Virus record (IMG/VR): IMGVR_UViG_3300045988_126837
DNA from: a virus
Reading direction: 5' to 3' (one strand)
Length of the DNA stretch: 17,615 nt
The notes beneath the pieces are model-generated. The model worked only from the letters and a program-made list of their open reading frames with translations, was not told the origin of the DNA and made no database searches. The translations under genes and the position numbers were made by a program. This document shows positions 13,570 to 17,615 of this stretch, one piece after another (the stretch's first letter is position 1; every line of letters starts with the position of its first letter).

Positions 13570-14670
13570 TTACCACCTCTTTCTTAATTTTGGGTACATC
13601 CATATAGGCATTCTGCGCTTAATTCCTTTACCTGTTGGCAAAGATGGATTAAAGCCCTGTAACAAATTAAAGTAGTATCTCGCATACTCTGCTCTCTTTT
13701 CGATTGTCACTGACGGGTCAGCAGGTCTTTCATAGCAGTACAAAAAGCATTTTGCCATATGCCCAACATCATCTGTTGCAGTGCAAAAAGCTTCCATTGT
13801 CTGATAAGTTCTGTACTCTGTCGGCACTGATGGAAAGTTTGGATACCACTCCTGCGGATTGTTGTGTCGTTCATCATCCAATCTCTGACATTGACCGTAC
13901 CCGTTTGTATCCAGATTTGTTTGCCAGTCTGGAAAGTTCTGGTTTAAATATGGAATAATAGTTTCAACAGCAGGTGTCCACTGAACTAAACCATAGCCCC
14001 TTTCATCTACTGCAACGCCTTTTTCATACAAGTCTGCACTGATAAAAGACTCCATTGTAGCATTACCAAGTAATGCACAAACACCATTTAATGACCAGCC
14101 TTTTGTAAGTAAATAGCTTGCAACGCAATAAGCGTTGTTTGTTGATTTCTCTGATGTGTAGCTATCTAGCCAATCTGGAATAGATTGCCAATGCAATTGT
14201 GCTGGGTCTGGCACTGTTCCAGTATCAACATCTGCATATATGAATCCCTGTAAGTAACCATTCATCCACTCTGGACAATAGCCGTTACTCTTTTTTGCTT
14301 TTTCAGTCCAAAAATACTTTCCAGACGACCAACCACTGTTTGACGTTACGATACCGTCAGATGTAATTTGTTCAACGACTGCAACATGACCTGCACCGCC
14401 ACCATTGTAGCCGTAACAAGCAATAGCACCAAGTTTCGGCTCTTTGCCTTTTGAAAAGCCTGTTGTACGTGAGTACCAATTGGTTGCATTTGATGTTGAT
14501 AACCCATGTGGGTAACGTCCGATAATTTCGTAAAATCTACCCCATGCATACCATGTGCAATTGCCACCTGTTTGCTGTGGGCCAAGATTTGCTTGATAAA
14601 ATGGGTTATCGCTGTACCAGTATTTAGAGCCTTGCATGCCTGCTGATGTAAGTCTAGGTGTAAAAGGCAT
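13570..14670 (-). CDS. Bifunctional peptidoglycan hydrolase: N-terminal CHAP domain plus C-terminal lysozyme-like (phage tail lysozyme-type) domain
   Basis: The CHAP catalytic signature is present (GGNCTWYAWGR Cys, then GHVAVVE His). The C-terminal half carries LLGNATMESF...GYGLVQWT, a pattern typical of lysozyme-like phage tail lysins. ATG 14670 overlaps the upstream stop (TAATG); the track start at 14676 is a TTG. Confidence 0.8.
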   Translation of the reverse strand: MPFTPRLTSAGMQGSKYWYSDNPFYQANLGPQQTGGNCTWYAWGRFYEIIGRYPHGLSTSNATNWYSRTTGFSKGKEPKLGAIACYGYNGGGAGHVAVVEQITSDGIVTSNSGWSSGKYFWTEKAKKSNGYCPEWMNGYLQGFIYADVDTGTVPDPAQLHWQSIPDWLDSYTSEKSTNNAYCVASYLLTKGWSLNGVCALLGNATMESFISADLYEKGVAVDERGYGLVQWTPAVETIIPYLNQNFPDWQTNLDTNGYGQCQRLDDERHNNPQEWYPNFPSVPTEYRTYQTMEAFCTATDDVGHMAKCFLYCYERPADPSVTIEKRAEYARYYFNLLQGFNPSLPTGKGIKRRMPIWMYPKLRKRW

Positions 14671-14924
14671 TAACAATCACCACCTAACAATGACTCCCAC
14701 ATTTTTGGACCACAGGAAGAATCATTGTGGCCATTTGTACCACATTCAATTCTATAAGCTCGCATCATGCTCTGATATGAATTGATTGCAAAGATTGTGT
14801 TGTTACCTGCATTACCATCGATTGACAAAGGTTTTCCGTTTTGTCCGATGAAGCCCTGTGAACGTAAGATAGCTTGAAGTGCGACTACATGAGTACCTTT
14901 TGAGTTGAGAATTACTGTTTTCAT
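14670..14924 (-). CDS. Stand-alone peptidoglycan-binding (PG_binding_1-like) protein, 84 aa
   Basis: The pattern KGTHVVALQAILRSQGF...SIDGNAGNNTIFAINSYQ...GPKMWESLL fits the G..V..LQ..L...G...DG.fG..T..Av..fQ...G..tw..L consensus. It is translationally coupled on both sides. Confidence 0.6.
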   Translation of the reverse strand: MKTVILNSKGTHVVALQAILRSQGFIGQNGKPLSIDGNAGNNTIFAINSYQSMMRAYRIECGTNGHNDSSCGPKMWESLLGGDC

Positions 14925-15529
14925 GATAACACCTTCTCTACAAAAGTGATTTCCTGTGTATGGACTTTGAAATTAGCAAAAACAATTTTGTATTGTGGTG
15001 TTTCAGTTGATGAATCTAAAATGATACCACTTGAAAAACGATATATGATAGAATCTGCTGTTCTGCTGTAATAGTTAGCATAAAAAATAACATTCGGATA
15101 TTTGTCTGATTTCAAAATAAGATTTTGCGGTTCTGTATATGGTGGTGTAACATATTCTAGGTCTGAATAAATTTCAGAGCCACTTTCGTTAACTTTTACC
15201 ACTCTAAGTTCCCTAAGTCTCGTTGCGGTAATACCGTTTGATTCCGATAGAGCAGTTACACTTAAATTCTCTGGATATACGCTTACATATGCCCAATGCT
15301 CTGAGTTTTTATTGCATAACACAAATAGCTTATTTGTTGTTTCGTCATACAAAAAATCGTAAAAATTTTCTTTAATATCGTTTATCTCTTCTTGAGATAG
15401 GGCGTCTAAAGCTTTAAAACTCTTAACACTTGCAAACTTACTAGTATCAACCTTGTTTTCATCAACGGCATTCTTTATTTGATTTTGAAGAATAGCTAGT
15501 AAAACTAAATCGTCAATCTGTTTTCTCAT
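14921..15529 (-). CDS. Hypothetical late protein, 202 aa
   Basis: A strong G-rich SD (AGAGGGGGGGG) lies upstream, and an ATGA overlap couples it to the PG-binding gene. No family recognised. Confidence 0.75.
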   Translation of the reverse strand: MRKQIDDLVLLAILQNQIKNAVDENKVDTSKFASVKSFKALDALSQEEINDIKENFYDFLYDETTNKLFVLCNKNSEHWAYVSVYPENLSVTALSESNGITATRLRELRVVKVNESGSEIYSDLEYVTPPYTEPQNLILKSDKYPNVIFYANYYSRTADSIIYRFSSGIILDSSTETPQYKIVFANFKVHTQEITFVEKVLS

Positions 15530-15547
15530 TGTTAATCCCCCCCCTCT

Positions 15548-15859
15548 TTAATCTGGACTAATAATCAATGGAGCATTAGCTGTTATCTGATGCCAAAATA
15601 GGTTATTTTCAGACGCAACGTTCTCTTGACTAGCCTGAGAAGAATTACAACATACATAAACAGTTGTTTTAATGCTACTATTTACTTCTACATTTGCTAT
15701 AAAAAAACTGCCGACAGCTATTTCACGACTAAATAAGCACGGTAAACGCAAAGAACCTAAACCAGCTAGTTTAGTGTACAAAAAAACAAATTTACCATCA
15801 TATTCGTTAATACACTGGATATTATTTTCGAGCAAAGCATTTTTTAACTCGTGTGTCAT
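15548..15859 (-). CDS. Hypothetical late protein, 103 aa
   Basis: An ATGA overlap joins it to the upstream holin-like gene. No family recognised. Confidence 0.7.
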   Translation of the reverse strand: MTHELKNALLENNIQCINEYDGKFVFLYTKLAGLGSLRLPCLFSREIAVGSFFIANVEVNSSIKTTVYVCCNSSQASQENVASENNLFWHQITANAPLIISPD

Positions 15860-16086
15860 TTATTCACCTCATTCCCGATAATGTCTGAAAGTTTCTGAAG
15901 TGCTAGTGTGTTGTTGTTTAATGCTGTTGTTACTTCTTTCATTTCCTGCTGATGCTGTTCATTAAGTTTCTCAATATCTTCTCTGTTTCGGTCTGTCATA
16001 TACTTGACATACCAAGCCATAGCTACTGCACATACGATTGGAAAACCAAGCGTACCTACTGCCTGTAAAATTTCATTTACACCCAT
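15856..16086 (-). CDS. Holin candidate, BhlA/UviB-like (N-terminal TM helix plus charged coiled-coil tail), 76 aa
   Basis: It has one TM helix (ILQAVGTLGFPIVCAVAMAWYV) followed by KYMTDRNREDIEKLNEQHQQEMKE..., the architecture of BhlA/UviB holin-like proteins. It is the first gene after the late promoter. Homology was not verified. Confidence 0.45.
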   Translation of the reverse strand: MGVNEILQAVGTLGFPIVCAVAMAWYVKYMTDRNREDIEKLNEQHQQEMKEVTTALNNNTLALQKLSDIIGNEVNK

Positions 16087-16115
16087 TCTTTTTTCACCGC
16101 CTTTTCATCTAAAAT

Positions 16116-16144
16116 ATTATATACTATATATTGATTTTTGTCAA
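16116..16144 (-). promoter_or_regulatory. Late-operon promoter, perfect consensus: -35 TTGACA (16144..16139), 17-bp spacer, -10 TATAAT (16121..16116)
   Basis: The reverse complement reads TTGACAaaaatcaatatatagtaTATAAT. AAAGGCGGTGA SD and ATG 16086 follow. Confidence 0.75.
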
Positions 16145-16159
16145 GATGTATGATACAAT
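16131..16159 (+). promoter_or_regulatory. Promoter of the packaging ATPase gene: -35 TTGATT, 17-bp spacer, extended -10 TGaTACAAT
   Basis: TTGATT lies at 16131-16136, TG at 16151-16152 and TACAAT at 16154-16159. Its -35 lies back to back with the late promoter's -35, 2 bp apart. Confidence 0.6.
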
Positions 16160-16186
16160 ATATAGAGAAAGTAGGTGACATACACA

Positions 16187-17221
16187 ATGAATAAATACTA
16201 TGATGGAACAAAACTTTTGAGCATGCTTGACATTAATGGCAACAAGCCAGAAATTTATATGGTCACAACAAATAGAACAGGCGGAAAGACCACATATTTT
16301 AGCAGACTACTAGTCAACAGATTTCTAAAAAAAGGTGAAAAATTCGCACTCGTTTACAGATATAATTATGAACTTGACGAAATAGCAGACAAATTCTTTA
16401 AGGACATTGGCTCACTTTTCTTTAGAGCGTATGAAATGACAAGCAAAAGGCGTGCATCTGGTATCTTCCATGAACTCTACTTGAACGAAGAACCGTGTGG
16501 TTACGCATTCTCGCTTAATAATGCAGACGCTTTAAAGCGATACAGTCACCTTTTTTCAGACGTTCAGCAAATGATGTTTGATGAATTCCAGAGTGAAACT
16601 AATCACTACTGTACAGATGAAATCAAAAAGTTTTTAAGTGTACACACAAGCGTTGCAAGAGGACAAGGAAAACAAATTAGATATGTGCCTGTTTTTATGT
16701 GTGGTAACACTGTATCTATTATTAACCCATATTATACAGCTATGGGTATTTCTGCTAGATTAAAAGAAGACACAAATTTCCTAAGGGGTAATGGTTTCGT
16801 ACTAGAACAGGGCTTCATTGACACGGCATCCATTGCGCAAAAACAAAGTGGTTTCAACAAAGCTTTTTCTAGTGACAAATACGTTGCATATTCTAGCCAA
16901 GGCGTATACCTTAATGACAGCAAGGCTTTTATAGATAAACCGTCTGGTAGAGGGAGATACGTTTTCACACTTAAATACAAAGAACGTATGTACGGTATTA
17001 AAGAGTATGCTGACTCTGGTATTATATTCTGTGATGACAAACCAGATAACTCCTGCCCATTAAAAATAACAGTTACTACTGATGACCACAATATCAACTA
17101 TGTTATGCTAAAAAAGAATGACTTAATTCTGACTAACCTAAGATTTTATTTTGAAAGAGGTTGTCTAAGATTTAAAGACATGATGTGTAAAGAAGCTGTG
17201 CTTGCTTCACTTTCATATTAA
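16187..17221 (+). CDS. DNA encapsidation (packaging) ATPase, phi29 gp16-like
   Basis: Walker A is NRTGGKTT and Walker B is MMFDEFQ. The ~344-aa size is close to the 332 aa of gp16. AGGTG SD lies 8 nt before ATG 16187; the track start at 16175 is a GTG. Confidence 0.85.
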   Translation: MNKYYDGTKLLSMLDINGNKPEIYMVTTNRTGGKTTYFSRLLVNRFLKKGEKFALVYRYNYELDEIADKFFKDIGSLFFRAYEMTSKRRASGIFHELYLNEEPCGYAFSLNNADALKRYSHLFSDVQQMMFDEFQSETNHYCTDEIKKFLSVHTSVARGQGKQIRYVPVFMCGNTVSIINPYYTAMGISARLKEDTNFLRGNGFVLEQGFIDTASIAQKQSGFNKAFSSDKYVAYSSQGVYLNDSKAFIDKPSGRGRYVFTLKYKERMYGIKEYADSGIIFCDDKPDNSCPLKITVTTDDHNINYVMLKKNDLILTNLRFYFERGCLRFKDMMCKEAVLASLSY

Positions 17222-17339
17222 GGTATCACCAAGTGCTAACATTAATGTATACAGTTAGAAAAGCAACGTTGAAAGATACGCTAACTAGTATGTTGGTAAA
17301 TTGCAAACCGCTTTAATGTACCACTTGTAAATGATATAT

Positions 17340-17387
17340 TGCCACTCTAGTTACAGAACTAATGTTCGTAACGTGGGTGGCATTTTT
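17340..17387 (+). terminator. Intrinsic terminator after the ATPase gene
   Basis: A long imperfect hairpin is formed by TGCCAC/GTGGCA (17340-17345/17377-17382), GTTAC/GTAAC (17350-17354/17368-17372) and GAAC/GTTC (17356-17359/17364-17367). TTTTT follows at 17383-17387. There is no T-run on the opposite strand. Confidence 0.6.
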
Positions 17388-17590
17388 ATTGGACAGCTCT
17401 AAACGAACAAATGTTCTAACAAATGACAATAGAACACTGGTACATCAGTTAACCCTCACATGTACACTAACACAAGTCCAAAGGTGCATAGCTTCACAGA
17501 ACCGAGCTAACATAACCTCGCAGAGCCGAGCGAGCGACAGTGAGCGAGGCCAAGTGACACGTATGTCCCTGTCCAAGGTGCAACTGACTA

Positions 17591-17615
17591 TCGAAGTTGA
17601 AATGAAATACCACTC
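17591..17615. repeat. Right inverted terminal repeat (25 bp)
   Basis: TCGAAGTTGAAATGAAATACCACTC is the exact reverse complement of 1-25. Confidence 0.95.

Larger units (their letters stand above)
1..17615. mobile_element. Complete linear genome of a phi29-like, protein-primed podophage (virulent by gene content)
   Basis: The window is bounded exactly by inverted terminal repeats. It carries a terminal-protein candidate plus a protein-primed PolB. The late genes run scaffold-capsid-tail knob-connector-lower collar-appendage in phi29 order, and a gp16-like ATPase is present. No integrase or repressor was seen. Confidence 0.85.

Noticed and set aside
7733-13958. + strand ORFs inside late genes (7733..8128, 8892..9098, 9302..9508, 10775..10969, 11376..11609, 11989..12237, 12134..12322, 12982..13167, 13704..13958), and alternative-frame - strand ORFs 9116..9310 and 14346..14585
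   Set aside because: All lie within much longer - strand genes that have recognisable domains. They have no SDs and biased low-complexity translations (for example the PVAVPS repeats antisense to the Ig-like domain). They are typical shadow ORFs.
15672-17097. Track ORFs 15672..15881 (+) and 16732..17097 (-)
   Set aside because: They are antisense to the 103-aa late gene and to the Walker-motif ATPase gene respectively, and neither has an SD.
17246-17317. 23-aa ORF (MYTVRKATLKDTLTSMLVNCKPL) in the right-end non-coding region
   Set aside because: It has no SD and no coupling, and it is very short.
17312-17340. Promoter-like TTTAAT-17-TGaTATATT just upstream of the right-end terminator hairpin
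   Set aside because: The -35 is weak and the promoter would produce only a ~45-nt transcript consisting of the terminator itself. A chance match in AT-rich DNA is more likely, so it is kept only as a remote possibility for a tiny RNA.
1-17615. CRISPR arrays, integrase/repressor lysogeny module, transposases, rRNA genes, introns or homing endonucleases
   Set aside because: None was seen. There are no spaced direct-repeat arrays, no recombinase or HNH-like motifs in any ORF, and all long ORFs are accounted for by replication, structural, lysis or packaging functions.

Overview
The window is a complete linear genome (17,615 bp, AT-rich) of a small phi29-like (Picovirinae/Salasmaviridae-type) podophage. 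The host is probably a low-GC Gram-positive bacterium. The sequence begins and ends with a 25-bp perfect inverted terminal repeat. The + strand from 1 to 6.9 kb carries early and replication genes: many tiny translationally coupled ORFs (several below the ORF-track cutoff), two candidate DNA-binding proteins, a candidate terminal protein, a protein-primed family-B DNA polymerase with all exo/pol motifs, and a dUTPase. The - strand from 16.1 down to 6.9 kb is a single late operon driven by a perfect consensus promoter. In order it encodes a BhlA/UviB-like holin candidate, two unknowns, a stand-alone peptidoglycan-binding protein coupled to a CHAP + lysozyme-like hydrolase, scaffold, major capsid with C-terminal Ig-like domain, gp9-like tail knob, gp10-like connector, lower collar and a beta-helix appendage. 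The + strand from 16.2 to 17.2 kb encodes a gp16-like packaging ATPase, followed by 394 bp of non-coding DNA up to the right ITR. No integrase or lysogeny module, CRISPR array or bona fide tRNA is visible. The most interesting signals are these. (i) A consensus promoter drives an ORF-free, heavily structured ~165-nt leader/ncRNA (1383-1554) containing a ~52-nt miniature tRNA-like three-way junction with a canonical T-arm, plus an anti-SD element. (ii) A second T-arm mimic lies at 574-592. (iii) An 18-bp perfect palindrome, ATGTTTCACGTGAAACAT, occurs exactly twice, each time just after a terminator hairpin. (iv) A two-gene lysin is reminiscent of PlyC. (v) No recognisable pRNA is present despite a phi29-type motor. 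All family assignments come from motif recognition by eye and synteny with phi29, not from database searches.
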